A stretch of 64,000 nucleotides of DNA from an uncultured Gammaproteobacteria bacterium (GTDB lineage Bacteria > Pseudomonadota > Gammaproteobacteria > JAURND01). The position numbers were made by a program, and so were the translations under genes. Shown here one piece after another: positions 19,147 through 29,063 of this stretch (the first letter of the stretch is position 1; the number at the start of each line of letters is the position of its first letter). The stretch is from assembly GCA_963714975.1 (NCBI GenBank), contig CAVQQD010000001.1, positions 224,001 through 288,000 of the forward strand, in the 5' to 3' direction. The notes beneath the pieces were generated by a model, which saw nothing but the letters and a program-made list of their open reading frames with translations, made no database searches and was not told the DNA's origin.

Positions 19147-19287
19147 GATTTGCCTTACCTTAATAGTGTAAAAATGGGAATTTCAAATATCACATTGCTA
19201 ATTGTTTAGGACTTTATTATGATGCTTGCTAATAATCACAATGTGAATAAGTTGAATTATAACAAAATAACAATATAAGCCAACCTA

Positions 19288-19355
19288 TAACTATTCAGCA
19301 TCATTATTCCTTCTCCTCTGGTGGGAGAAGGTGCCGAAGGCGGATGAGGGGTAAG
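19288..19355 (+). repeat. Half family A element (TIR + one REP unit) just upstream of mrcA
   Basis: taactattcagc...ccttctcctctggtgggagaaggtgccgaaggcggatgagggg. Confidence 0.7.
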
Positions 19356-19366
19356 CTGGAACTCAA

Positions 19367-21637
19367 ATGAACTTTTTCCGTTATACTGCAAAGCATCTCA
19401 TCATGACCATCCTCAGCCTGCTATTTAGCCTGTTGATTGTAGCTGGTTGCACGTATTTTTACATGATATTTCAGTTAGAAGATGTGGAGGCGCTCAAAGA
19501 CATGCGCCTGCAAACTCCCCTACGCATTTACAGCAGCGATGGCCAGTTAATTGGCGAATATGGTTCCATGCGGCGCAATCCGATCACCCTGGCCCAAGTC
19601 CCGAAACCATTACTAGCAGCGATTATTGCCACCGAAGATCAACGTTTCTTTGAGCATAATGGCGTTGATTTGATCGGTATTGTGCGTGCCACCCGTGAAC
19701 TGTTAATCACCGGACAACGCAATCAAGGAGCCAGCACCATCACCATGCAAGTGGCACGCAATTTTTTTCTGACCCGCGAAAAAACCTTCAGCCGCAAAAT
19801 TAACGAAATCCTGTTAGCTCTTAAAATCAATAGTACCCTGAGTAAAGAAAAAATCCTGGAACTGTATCTCAACAAAATTTATCTAGGACAACGCGCCTAT
19901 GGGGTCTCAGCGGCGGCAGAAATTTACTATGGGAAACGCCTGGATCAACTGAATTTAAGCGAAATGGCCATGATCGCAGGCCTTCCCCAATCACCCTCTA
20001 AAGAAAATCCGATCACTAATCCAAGTGCAGCCAAGGAGCGCCGTAACCACGTGTTAGCGCGCATGTTGGAATTAGGTTACATCGATCAAAAAGCTTATGC
20101 TGAAGCCAGCAGCGCTCCGGCCGCTACCTATTATCATGGTCCTAAAATTACCTTGTATGCCCCGCATGTGGCCGAGATGGTGCGCAATGTCATTTATCAA
20201 CAATATGGTGAGGACGGCTATACCAGCGGCCTGCAGGTCTATACCACCCTGAACTCTGGCTTACAACAGGCAGCAAACCTGGCCTTGCAACATGGCCTAA
20301 TTGCGTATGAGCGCCGACACAGTGGCTATCGTGGCCCAGAAAAAAACTTGGGCCGAGCTCCTCGAACCGAGTGGCAAGACATCTTGGCCAGTTTACCCGC
20401 CCAAATGGATTTAATTCCGGCAGCCATCATTCAGTTAGGAAAAAATTCTGCACGCGGGATGCTTGCCAATGGTGCTACGATCCCCATCGCCCTACCGCAA
20501 CGCGGATTTAAAATCGGCGATGTCGTGCGGGTGATTCAAAAAGAGGAGCAATGGGAATTGGCGCAATTGCCTAAGATCGAGGGCGCTTTGGTCGCGCTTA
20601 ATCCCGATACTGGCGCCATTTTGGCATTAAATGGCGGTTTTGATAATGCCAACAACGGCTTTAATCGAGCTGTCCAAGCCTACCGTCAACCTGGCTCCAG
20701 CTTTAAGCCTTTCATTTATGCCGCTGCTTTAGCTAAGGGCTATAACTTAGCCACCATTGTTAACGATGAACCCATTGCGATCAATGACACCGGCGATCCT
20801 AATAATCTGTGGCAGCCGCAAAATTCCGACAATCAATTTCATGGGCCGACGCGCTTACGCGTCGGATTAGTGCGGTCCATTAACGTCATGACGGTACGTT
20901 TATTGCAAATGCTGGGAGTTCCTTACGCCATCAACTACATCACCCAGTTTGGTTTTAGCCGCGACAGCCTGCCCCCCTCACTGTCGCTGGCGCTGGGCAC
21001 TGCCCTAGAAACACCATTGCAAATGGCTTCGGCTTATGCGGTATTTGCCAATGGCGGCTATCGAGTAATCCCTTATTTTATCGAGAGAATTGAAAGCGCG
21101 GACGAGAAATTATTGTATCAAGCAAAACCCACAGCACCATTTCTCACCATCAATCCTGAAATTGCTTATTTGATTACCAATGTCCTGCAAGATGTGGTGC
21201 AACATGGCACTGCGGCCGCGGCCGCGGCAAAATTAGGGCGAGGCGATTTAGCAGGAAAAACCGGCACCACCAATCGTCAAATAGATGCCTGGTTTTCGGG
21301 ATACAACCGCCGTCTAGTCGCCACGGTGTGGGTGGGCTACAATCAACCCAAGCCCTTGTACGAATATGGCGCCCAAGCTGCCCTGCCCATTTGGGTCGAT
21401 TTTATGAAGGAAGCACTGGAAGGAAAACCTGAAGAAAGCCTACCTCCCCCCAGCAATATCGTGACAGTCCGCATCAATCGTGAAACTGGCTTGCTGGCCG
21501 ACCCCGAAGATGCAGATAGCTTCTTCGAAGTATTTGTGGCCAATAATGTGCCCCAGGAAGAGCAGACTGAAGCTGAGGATGCAGAGGCCCCAGTCGTCGT
21601 CAATGATGGGATGATCCCTTGGCCGTGGCGCCACTAA
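19367..21637 (+). CDS. mrcA: Penicillin-binding protein 1A
   Basis: EDQRFFEHNG, GASTITMQ, RKINE, SSFK, SIN, KTG motifs. Confidence 0.95.
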   Translation: MNFFRYTAKHLIMTILSLLFSLLIVAGCTYFYMIFQLEDVEALKDMRLQTPLRIYSSDGQLIGEYGSMRRNPITLAQVPKPLLAAIIATEDQRFFEHNGVDLIGIVRATRELLITGQRNQGASTITMQVARNFFLTREKTFSRKINEILLALKINSTLSKEKILELYLNKIYLGQRAYGVSAAAEIYYGKRLDQLNLSEMAMIAGLPQSPSKENPITNPSAAKERRNHVLARMLELGYIDQKAYAEASSAPAATYYHGPKITLYAPHVAEMVRNVIYQQYGEDGYTSGLQVYTTLNSGLQQAANLALQHGLIAYERRHSGYRGPEKNLGRAPRTEWQDILASLPAQMDLIPAAIIQLGKNSARGMLANGATIPIALPQRGFKIGDVVRVIQKEEQWELAQLPKIEGALVALNPDTGAILALNGGFDNANNGFNRAVQAYRQPGSSFKPFIYAAALAKGYNLATIVNDEPIAINDTGDPNNLWQPQNSDNQFHGPTRLRVGLVRSINVMTVRLLQMLGVPYAINYITQFGFSRDSLPPSLSLALGTALETPLQMASAYAVFANGGYRVIPYFIERIESADEKLLYQAKPTAPFLTINPEIAYLITNVLQDVVQHGTAAAAAAKLGRGDLAGKTGTTNRQIDAWFSGYNRRLVATVWVGYNQPKPLYEYGAQAALPIWVDFMKEALEGKPEESLPPPSNIVTVRINRETGLLADPEDADSFFEVFVANNVPQEEQTEAEDAEAPVVVNDGMIPWPWRH

Positions 21638-21730
21638 CTTTGAGCGTAAGTCGATGAAATCTGGGATTCGGTAGTGATACCTTGTTGCACTGTCGCCACT
21701 TCACCACTACTGCCCTGCGCCGTGGATCAG

Positions 21731-21991
21731 CTAAAACAACTCTTCTAAAAATGGCAATAATTTTCTAATTTCAATGCCATCGCTTATTTTTTCTTGTCGC
21801 AACTCTTTTACCAGCTGCATGGAAGGCCAATGATATTTGCTGCAAAAATATTTTAATGAACTGCTGATAGTATTGTTAGCTTGTTTTACTTCTAAAATCT
21901 TCTCTACTATTCTCAGCCATGATGGCTGCTTTTTGACGTCGATACATCCGACTATTCTGCAATAGCTTGCAGAATAGTCGGGGCTCATCAC
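21731..21991 (-). CDS. Hypothetical protein (possibly a gene remnant)
   Basis: 86-aa AT-rich ORF whose start overlaps the gpmI stop; no recognisable motif. Confidence 0.35.
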   Translation of the reverse strand: MMSPDYSASYCRIVGCIDVKKQPSWLRIVEKILEVKQANNTISSSLKYFCSKYHWPSMQLVKELRQEKISDGIEIRKLLPFLEELF

Positions 21992-23601
21992 TCAAGATTG
22001 AACAAATTCTTCCCAGTCATTTCTGCCGGTTGTGGCAAACCCATTAATTGCAATAACGTCGGCGCAACGTCTTGCAAGCTTCCTTCAGCGGTGGTGGGTT
22101 TTGCTTTACGACCGACATAAATAATCGGCACTAAATTAGTGGTATGAGCGGTGTGCGGTTGTTGGGTATTGGGATCGTACATAAATTCGGCGTTACCATG
22201 ATCTGCGGTAATTAACGCTTCACCTCCTCCCTCCTGAAGGGCGGTAATCACTTGCTTTAGGCAATGATCAATCACTTCAATGGCTTTGACCGTGGCTTGA
22301 AAATCTCCGGTATGTCCCACCATGTCGGGATTAGCAAAATTACAGACAATTAATGCAAACTTCCCTTGCTGAATTTCTTTCACTAAGCGCGTCGCCAAAG
22401 GATAAGCGCTCATTTCAGGATGTAAATCATAAGTGGCCACTTTCGGTGACGGAATTAAATCGCGCACTTCGCCCGGATATAATTTTTCTTCTCCCCCGTT
22501 GAAAAAAAATGTGACATGCGCGTATTTTTCCGTTTCAGCAATCCGCAGCTGCGTCAATCCCAAATGGGAAATGTATTCGCCTAAGTTATTTTTCAGGGAA
22601 ATGGGAGTATAAGCCACCTCAGCCGGAATATCGGCCGCATATTGAGTGAGAGTGACAAAATGGCTCAGTTTGGGTACACGTTTACGTGGAAAACCCTCGA
22701 AGTTGGGGTCGGTGAATGCTCGCGTCAGTTGCCGTGCGCGGTCGGCTCTAAAGTTCATGAATACCACCGCATCTCCATCTTGGACGATGAGGGGATGATC
22801 CTGCGGATAAATGGCGGTTGGCTGCACAAATTCATCATTTTCCCCACGCGCATACGCCTGATGCAACCCTGCTAGTGCCGATGCGGCATGAAAAGTAGTG
22901 TCACCCGCAGCCAATAAATCATAAGCGCGCGCGGTGCGTTCCCAGCGGGTATCTCGGTCCATCGCATAATAACGCCCGGTGATGGAAGCAATTTGACCAC
23001 AACCTTCTGCCTGGAAGGTTTTTTCCAAAGCTTCAAGAGAGGCTTCTGCTGATTTTGGCGGGGTATCGCGACCATCCAGAAACGCATGTAAATAAATCTT
23101 CCGCAACCCGCGCTCTGCAGCTAATTTTACTAGTGCCTGGATATGCCGTTGATGGCTATGCACTCCCCCGGGAGAGAGCAAGCCAAAAATATGCAAGGAA
23201 TGCTGGGTTTTAATCAGTTGGTCCACTGTTTGAGTGAATACCGGATTGCGATAAAAATCTCCTGAATCAATCGCCAAATCAATACGCGTTAAATCTTGGG
23301 AAACCAAACGACCCGCCCCGATATGCAGATGCCCCACTTCTGAGTTACCCATCTGACCCTTAGGCAAGCCCACCGCTAATCCTGAGGCATCAAGCAAAGT
23401 ATGGGGATAGTGATTCCACAATTTATGCCAAAAAGGCGCATGGGCTGCAGCGATGGCATTATATTGGGTATCTTCGCGATAGCCCCAACCATCTAAAACA
23501 ATTAACACGAAAGGGGAATGGGGGAGAGGCAAACCCCTCTCCCCCGCCTGAGCGCCAGCGAGGGAAGGTGGGAGAGGGTTAGGGAGAGGGGGTTTAATCA
23601 T
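21988..23601 (-). CDS. gpmI: 2,3-bisphosphoglycerate-independent phosphoglycerate mutase
   Basis: LDGWG, MGNSEVGH, AETEKYAHVTFF, DMVGHTG, TADHGNAE. Confidence 0.96.
   Translation of the reverse strand: MIKPPLPNPLPPSLAGAQAGERGLPLPHSPFVLIVLDGWGYREDTQYNAIAAAHAPFWHKLWNHYPHTLLDASGLAVGLPKGQMGNSEVGHLHIGAGRLVSQDLTRIDLAIDSGDFYRNPVFTQTVDQLIKTQHSLHIFGLLSPGGVHSHQRHIQALVKLAAERGLRKIYLHAFLDGRDTPPKSAEASLEALEKTFQAEGCGQIASITGRYYAMDRDTRWERTARAYDLLAAGDTTFHAASALAGLHQAYARGENDEFVQPTAIYPQDHPLIVQDGDAVVFMNFRADRARQLTRAFTDPNFEGFPRKRVPKLSHFVTLTQYAADIPAEVAYTPISLKNNLGEYISHLGLTQLRIAETEKYAHVTFFFNGGEEKLYPGEVRDLIPSPKVATYDLHPEMSAYPLATRLVKEIQQGKFALIVCNFANPDMVGHTGDFQATVKAIEVIDHCLKQVITALQEGGGEALITADHGNAEFMYDPNTQQPHTAHTTNLVPIIYVGRKAKPTTAEGSLQDVAPTLLQLMGLPQPAEMTGKNLFNLE
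23512..23594 (-). repeat. REP-like hairpin inserted in-frame in the 5' end of gpmI
   Basis: Minus strand cccctctccctaaccctctccc...gggggagagggg matches the intergenic copy at 17524; encodes PPLPNPLPP...GERG. Confidence 0.8.
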
Positions 23602-24185
23602 ATATTCTCTACTGTATGTAATTTTTGCATGGCCTTTTCAATGACGCCAATTAATAGTTCGGGGATGATGGACAGGGCCTGGTCAATCGCCTCAAGAATT
23701 AAGGTGTAATCCTGCTTAGAAGGCTTATTGAGCACATAGTCATGGACTTGGCTTCTATCTCCCGGATGCCCAATACCCAAGCGGAGGCGATAAAAATTAT
23801 CCGTATGCAGGTGATGCATAATATCGCGTAAGCCATTATGTCCACCATGCCCCCCACCTCGTTTTAACCGAACGACACCTGGGGGGAAATCGAGTTCATC
23901 ATGAGCTACTAAAATACTAGTCGGAGGAATTTGGTAAAACTGCGTGATTGCTCGAACCGCTTGGCCGCTCAAATTCATAAAGGTGCTGGGAATCAACACC
24001 AGCACTTTATGTTCAGCTGAGGTATACGCAGCTAATTGCCCCTGGAATTTATTCTCGAACCGTAATGCCAATTGCCATTGCTTAGCCAGGCGCTCAGCAA
24101 ACCAAGCACCCGCATTGTGGCGCGTCGCCGCATACTCTGGCCCAGGATTGCCTAAGCCAACGATTAAACGAATAGGGTCTGGCAC
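23598..24185 (-). CDS. pth: Peptidyl-tRNA hydrolase
   Basis: GLGNPG, TRHNAG, HDELD, GGHGGHNGL. Confidence 0.96.
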   Translation of the reverse strand: MPDPIRLIVGLGNPGPEYAATRHNAGAWFAERLAKQWQLALRFENKFQGQLAAYTSAEHKVLVLIPSTFMNLSGQAVRAITQFYQIPPTSILVAHDELDFPPGVVRLKRGGGHGGHNGLRDIMHHLHTDNFYRLRLGIGHPGDRSQVHDYVLNKPSKQDYTLILEAIDQALSIIPELLIGVIEKAMQKLHTVENI

Positions 24186-24202
24186 GATACGGAATTCTTT
24201 AA

Positions 24203-24868
24203 CTATTCTTCGCCTTCTTTTTCTTCCTTACCCACCAATGGGACTTCGGCGGCAGGAACTACAATCGGCGCTTCTGGCTCTTCGCTAACGACTCGGCGAT
24301 GAATACTCGCTACAGGCCGATCTTCTCCTCCGTGCAATAAAGCTACAATTTCTACCCCTTCAGGAACTTTCAATCCTGACAAGTGCACAGCTTCATCATT
24401 TCGAAGATCGGCCATATCGACTTCAATGAATTCAGGCAAATCTGCAGGCAAACAGCGAATTTCAACCTCATTCATTAAATGAGAGACGACCCCGCCTTCA
24501 ATTTTCACGCCATAGGCAGTGTCTTCATTAATAAATTGCAACGGAACATTCATCTGCAATTTTTCGGTAGCGCTGATTCGTAAAAAATCCGCGTGGAGAA
24601 TTTGCGGTTTACTCGGATGACGCTGTAAGGCTTTCAATATGACTTTTTCGGCGTTATCGTTCACATTGATGGTTAAGATATGAGAATAAAAAGCCTGATT
24701 CTTGAGCGCATTACTGATATGGTGATGATTAATCAAAATCGCGAGAGGGTCCTTTTTGGCGCCATAGATGATGGCAGGCACCTGATTATGCACGCGGCGT
24801 GCCCGTCGGCTTGCCCCTTTGCCGCGATGTTCGCGTACTTCTGCTGAAAGTTCAAATAGATTCGCCAT
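24203..24868 (-). CDS. rplY: 50S ribosomal protein L25/general stress protein Ctc
   Basis: GKGASRRAR, VPAIIYG, QRHP..HADF, long Ctc form; upstream of pth; ATG at 24868. Confidence 0.95.
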   Translation of the reverse strand: MANLFELSAEVREHRGKGASRRARRVHNQVPAIIYGAKKDPLAILINHHHISNALKNQAFYSHILTINVNDNAEKVILKALQRHPSKPQILHADFLRISATEKLQMNVPLQFINEDTAYGVKIEGGVVSHLMNEVEIRCLPADLPEFIEVDMADLRNDEAVHLSGLKVPEGVEIVALLHGGEDRPVASIHRRVVSEEPEAPIVVPAAEVPLVGKEEKEGEE

Positions 24869-25185
24869 GGTTGTTTTCCTCAATAAAAAGCAAGGGTAGC
24901 GATTCTACCGGAGGGGCGGTCTCGAGTAAAGCGGCCTCTGCTACATTACGTATACACCAGTTCTTTCCGTCATCAGCGCTGTTATTCCAAACGAACATTT
25001 GTGAAAATTGAACGTCATTTGACAATCGCAGCAATCATTCGCTAAGCTACAAGAAGCCGAGGCTCCCACCCAGGCGACGATTCTCAGATAAGCTGCGATG
25101 ACCTCTGTGCTATCCACTCACTCTCTTTTGTTGCGACCCAAAGATCCCCATTTACAAAAACAATAAAAACAAGAGGAGCAATGCT

Positions 25186-27399
25186 ATGACCGACTCCAAA
25201 TCCGCTGAAGCCACGCCCAAATCCCCTACTAAGATCGTAGGTACTCCCTCCCATTCTTCTTCACCTATCGGACCTACCAATCAATCGACCTTCTTTGCGA
25301 GGAGCAGCAGTTCTTCCAGCACATCGCCGACACTCAAGATAGAGGAGCAAAAGTCTCCACTATTTCAATTAACAGAAGGGGAACTCAATGGCTATCGAGA
25401 AGGGGAGAAATTCTATCTGCTAGGAAATTACTCTAAGGCATTACCTGGGTTAGAACAAGCCGCTAAGTTGAATTATCCCCCCGCTTTACTGCTCTTATGG
25501 CGTATTTATAGCGCTCCTCGTTATGGCATCCCTCAAGATGAAAAACGCGCTCAAACCTACCGTGTCGCAGCCGCTCGATGCTACCCATGGTTCGAAGAGC
25601 AAGCCAGTAAGTGGTACGCAGAGGAACAGTATTATTTGGGCTTGTGCTACGAGTATGGAATAGGGGTTACCCAAGATGCCGAGCAGGCCGTGCATTGGTA
25701 TCGCGCTGCCGCGGGACAAAAAAATGCGCGAGGGCAATGCAAATTTGGCGAGTCCTACGCTACGGGAAGAGGGCTTGCCAAAAAAGATACCAGGGAGGCC
25801 GTGCGTTGGTATCGCGCTAGCGCGGAACAGGGGGATGCACAAGGGCAATGCAATTTGGGCTCGTGCTACGCTACAGGAGAAGGGGTTCCCCAAGATTACA
25901 AGGAGGCCCTGCGTTGGTTTCAGGCTAGCGCGGCACAGGAGCATGCGTCAGGGCAACTCAATTTGGGCTGGTGCTACGCCAATTGGATAGGGGTAACCCA
26001 AAATTACGAGGACGCCGTGCGTTGGTATCGCGCTGCCGCGGAACAGGGGCATGCGTCAGGACAATTCCATTTGGGCTGGTCCTACGAAAGGGCACGAGGA
26101 ATTCACCAAGATGCCAAAGAGGCCATGCGTTGGTATCGCGCTGCCGCGGAACAGGGGCATGCGTCAGGGCAATTCCATTTGGGCTTGTGCTACCGAGACG
26201 GAACTGGCGTGGCTAAAGATCGAGCAAGAGCCCTTTATTGGTTTGAATTGGCTGCAAAACAGGGAAATACAGGGGCTCAAGGCCAACTGAAAGCATTGCG
26301 GGCTCAGTGCCCCACTTTGACCCCTAGGCCGCCCTCACCCTTAGTAGGGACTCAACACCCCCTTGTGCCAATAGGGGAGCAAAAGTCTCCACTATTTCAA
26401 TTAACAGAAGAGGCACTCAATGGCTATCGAGAAGGGGAGAAATTCTATCTGCTAGAAAATTACTCTAAGGCGTTACCTGGGTTAGTACAAGCCGCTGAGT
26501 TGAATTATCCCCCCGCTTTACTGCGCTTAGCGCATATTTATAGCGCTCCTCGTTATAAAATCCCTAAAGATGAAAAACGCGCTCAAACCTACCGTGCCGC
26601 AGCCGCTCTATGCTTCCCATGGTTCAAAGAGCAAGCCGGTAAGGAGCACGCAGAGGAACAGTATTATTTGGGCTTGTGCTACGACCATGGAATAGGGGTT
26701 ACCCAAGATGCCAAGCAGGCCGTGCGTTGGTATCGCGCTGCCGCGGAACAAGGCTATGCGTCAGGGCAATGCAATTTGGGCCACTGCTACACCCAGGGGA
26801 GAGGGATTCCCCAAGATTACATAGAGGCCGTGCGTTGGTATCGCGCTGCCGCGGACCAAGGGCATGTGCGAGGGCAATACTATCTGGGCTGGTGCTACGA
26901 TCTGGGAAAAGGGGTTCCCGAGGATTACAAGGAGGCCGTGCGTTGGTATCGCGCTGCCGCGGAACAAGGCTATGCGTCAGGGCAATGCAATTTGGGCTAC
27001 TGCTACACCCAGGGGAGAGGGATTCCCCAAGATTACATAGAGGCCGTGCGTTGGTATCGCGCTGCCGCGGACCAAGGGCATGTGCGAGGGCAATACTATC
27101 TGGGCTTGTGCTACCGAAACGGAGCTGGCGTGGCTAAAGATCCAGCAAAAGCCCTTTATTGGTTTGAATTGGCTGCAACACAGGGAAATAAAGAGGCTCA
27201 AAACCAACTGAAAGCATTGCAGGCTCAGTACCCCAGTTTGACCCCTAGACCGCCCACACCCCTGGCAGGGGCGCAACACCTTTTTTTGCCACCACCCGAT
27301 AAAAAAAACAGCACCGACACCGACCAAGCTTCTTCGCAATCTGTTTCTATTACTCAACCCACCACAACAGTCACGCCTGGGTTAGGAAACCCTCCATAA
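25186..27399 (+). CDS. Sel1-like repeat protein with internal duplication, putative secreted effector
   Basis: About 11 canonical 36-aa repeats (LGxCY..G.GV.QD..EAVRWYRAAAEQG) in two duplicated blocks; Ser/Pro-rich termini. Confidence 0.9.
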   Translation: MTDSKSAEATPKSPTKIVGTPSHSSSPIGPTNQSTFFARSSSSSSTSPTLKIEEQKSPLFQLTEGELNGYREGEKFYLLGNYSKALPGLEQAAKLNYPPALLLLWRIYSAPRYGIPQDEKRAQTYRVAAARCYPWFEEQASKWYAEEQYYLGLCYEYGIGVTQDAEQAVHWYRAAAGQKNARGQCKFGESYATGRGLAKKDTREAVRWYRASAEQGDAQGQCNLGSCYATGEGVPQDYKEALRWFQASAAQEHASGQLNLGWCYANWIGVTQNYEDAVRWYRAAAEQGHASGQFHLGWSYERARGIHQDAKEAMRWYRAAAEQGHASGQFHLGLCYRDGTGVAKDRARALYWFELAAKQGNTGAQGQLKALRAQCPTLTPRPPSPLVGTQHPLVPIGEQKSPLFQLTEEALNGYREGEKFYLLENYSKALPGLVQAAELNYPPALLRLAHIYSAPRYKIPKDEKRAQTYRAAAALCFPWFKEQAGKEHAEEQYYLGLCYDHGIGVTQDAKQAVRWYRAAAEQGYASGQCNLGHCYTQGRGIPQDYIEAVRWYRAAADQGHVRGQYYLGWCYDLGKGVPEDYKEAVRWYRAAAEQGYASGQCNLGYCYTQGRGIPQDYIEAVRWYRAAADQGHVRGQYYLGLCYRNGAGVAKDPAKALYWFELAATQGNKEAQNQLKALQAQYPSLTPRPPTPLAGAQHLFLPPPDKKNSTDTDQASSQSVSITQPTTTVTPGLGNPP

Positions 27400-27446
27400 T
27401 TCAGGAGGTAACCATGGCATCTGACTCTGTGCACTAGACAAAAATT

Positions 27447-27521
27447 GGTTCTATGTAGAATCGAGTGGGTAGATTTTCCTTCTCCCCTTGTGGGAGAAGG
27501 TGCCGAAGGTGGATGAGGGGT
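27447..27521 (+). repeat. Family B element, left end + REP unit
   Basis: ggttctatgtagaatcgagtgggtagattttccttctccccttgtgggagaagg..gagggg; near-identical to 35719-35793. Confidence 0.75.
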
Positions 27522-27635
27522 CGTCATCCCAACCCTACCACGGAGGGTTGATACTGCTGCGTTTCTTGAGACGAAGTTCCATCGGCAGGAAATAAGCAAG
27601 GATAGCAACATACTAAAATTAACTAAATATTAAGC

Positions 27636-28523
27636 TTAAGCACGTAGTTTTTCCGCTAATTCTCGACCAAGACGCTCAGCTGCTGAGGAAGGACCCGTTA
27701 CTCGAGCTGTAGCAACGGTATAAGTTTCAGGATTGCCCAGCAAACCCCGAACCGTCATTTGCTGACCTTGCATGGTCGCATAAGCGCCAATCGGCATCTG
27801 ACAGCCGCCATTCAGAGCAAGGTTCATCGCACGCTCTGCAGTAATACACAGCCGCGCTACTGGGTCTTCTAATGTGGCCAGCCAATCCAGCACTACTTGA
27901 TTCGACTCATGGCATTCAATGCCAATCGCACCCTGACCTACGGCAGGAATCCACACTTCCGGATTGAGATAGCTGCGAATTCGTACTTCTTGTTGCAAGC
28001 GCTTAAGACCTGCAGCCGCTAAAATAATCGCGTCATAGCGCCCTTGATCTAATTTTTGCAGTCTAGTCCCCACATTCCCACGCAAGTTTTCCACATTTAT
28101 ATCAGGGCGCAGCGCTTTTAGCTGGCAAGTACGCCGGCTGCTGGAAGTACCCACCGTGGCTCCGTGAGGTAACTCTTCTACAGCAGAAAATTGATGTGAA
28201 ATAAAAACATCCCGTGGATCCTCTCGAGGGCAGACCGCCGCTAGTATTAATCGATCCGTCAGCTCCGCAGGCATATCCTTGATGGAGTGGACGGCAATAT
28301 CGGCACGACGCTCCAAAATAGCTTTTTCCAATTCCTTAACAAACAACCCTTTGCCCCCAATCTGCGACAACGGGGTGGTCAATAATTTATCTCCCTCAGT
28401 CATTAAGCCAATGATTTCAACCACAAGCCCCGGATGCGCTGCCTCTACAGCTGTTTTCACATAATGGGCTTGCCATAGGGCCAGGGGGCTTTTGCGCGTA
28501 GCAATTCTTAGTACGGAATTCAT
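27636..28523 (-). CDS. hemC: Hydroxymethylbilane synthase (porphobilinogen deaminase)
   Basis: IATRKSPLALWQA, GGKGLFVKELE, AVHSIKD, RGNV, GGCQMPIG. Confidence 0.97.
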   Translation of the reverse strand: MNSVLRIATRKSPLALWQAHYVKTAVEAAHPGLVVEIIGLMTEGDKLLTTPLSQIGGKGLFVKELEKAILERRADIAVHSIKDMPAELTDRLILAAVCPREDPRDVFISHQFSAVEELPHGATVGTSSSRRTCQLKALRPDINVENLRGNVGTRLQKLDQGRYDAIILAAAGLKRLQQEVRIRSYLNPEVWIPAVGQGAIGIECHESNQVVLDWLATLEDPVARLCITAERAMNLALNGGCQMPIGAYATMQGQQMTVRGLLGNPETYTVATARVTGPSSAAERLGRELAEKLRA

Positions 28524-28530
28524 ATTAAGT

Positions 28531-29037
28531 TCACTTTTTAGGCGCCGGCTTGAGCTTAAACAGCTCTAATTCTTCATAGACATTCTCTGGCTTCACCGAA
28601 ATCGCCAACTGAAACGCGCAAGCATCGGGGGTGATAGCTTCACAGTTTTTATAACCGCCTTTATCCGCAGTCCAGTTCCCTCCCACTGGAGACTGCACTA
28701 ACGACGGACGTTGCAATTCCACAGGAAAATCATAACTTTCTGCCGTAATATAGACACAAATCACTTCCCCAAAAGTCACCCCCACCCATTGTGCCCCCGC
28801 AAATTTTTGCAACGACTTAACAAAAAAAGGCGTCGTGCTTTTCCAACCATTAGACGCCCCCCATGTGTTGTCCGGATTTTTCTTCACCCTCTCCACCGGC
28901 GGACAAGTCTCCCGCTTAAAGGTGATGTCTTTAATCGCCACTGGAGCATGGGCAATGGGGGGGCTTTTTTGGGCCAAGGCTGGGGCAAATACCGATAACG
29001 CGACTGCCACAGTGACTAATTGATAAAAATACTTCAT
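28531..29037 (-). CDS. eirA: Secreted Cys-rich protein resembling Coxiella T4SS-associated EirA
   Basis: Signal peptide; TCPP, GWKS, GAQW.G...G.V.C.Y, FPV.L, GG.W, GGY.NC..CAF pattern recalled from EirA; adjacent to hemC. Confidence 0.65.
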   Translation of the reverse strand: MKYFYQLVTVAVALSVFAPALAQKSPPIAHAPVAIKDITFKRETCPPVERVKKNPDNTWGASNGWKSTTPFFVKSLQKFAGAQWVGVTFGEVICVYITAESYDFPVELQRPSLVQSPVGGNWTADKGGYKNCEAITPDACAFQLAISVKPENVYEELELFKLKPAPKK

Positions 29038-29063
29038 GCAGAACCTCTCTTTCTTTTGCTAGA

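Noticed and set aside
24870-25185. prs gene, tRNA-Gln or L25 leader upstream of rplY
   Set aside because: No prs-like translation or tRNA cloverleaf seen; a hairpin is present but cannot be matched to the L25 leader by eye
25600-27200. Regularly spaced ~30-bp repeats resembling a CRISPR array
   Set aside because: The period is 108 bp, in frame within the Sel1 ORF, the 'spacers' are homologous to each other, and there are no cas genes
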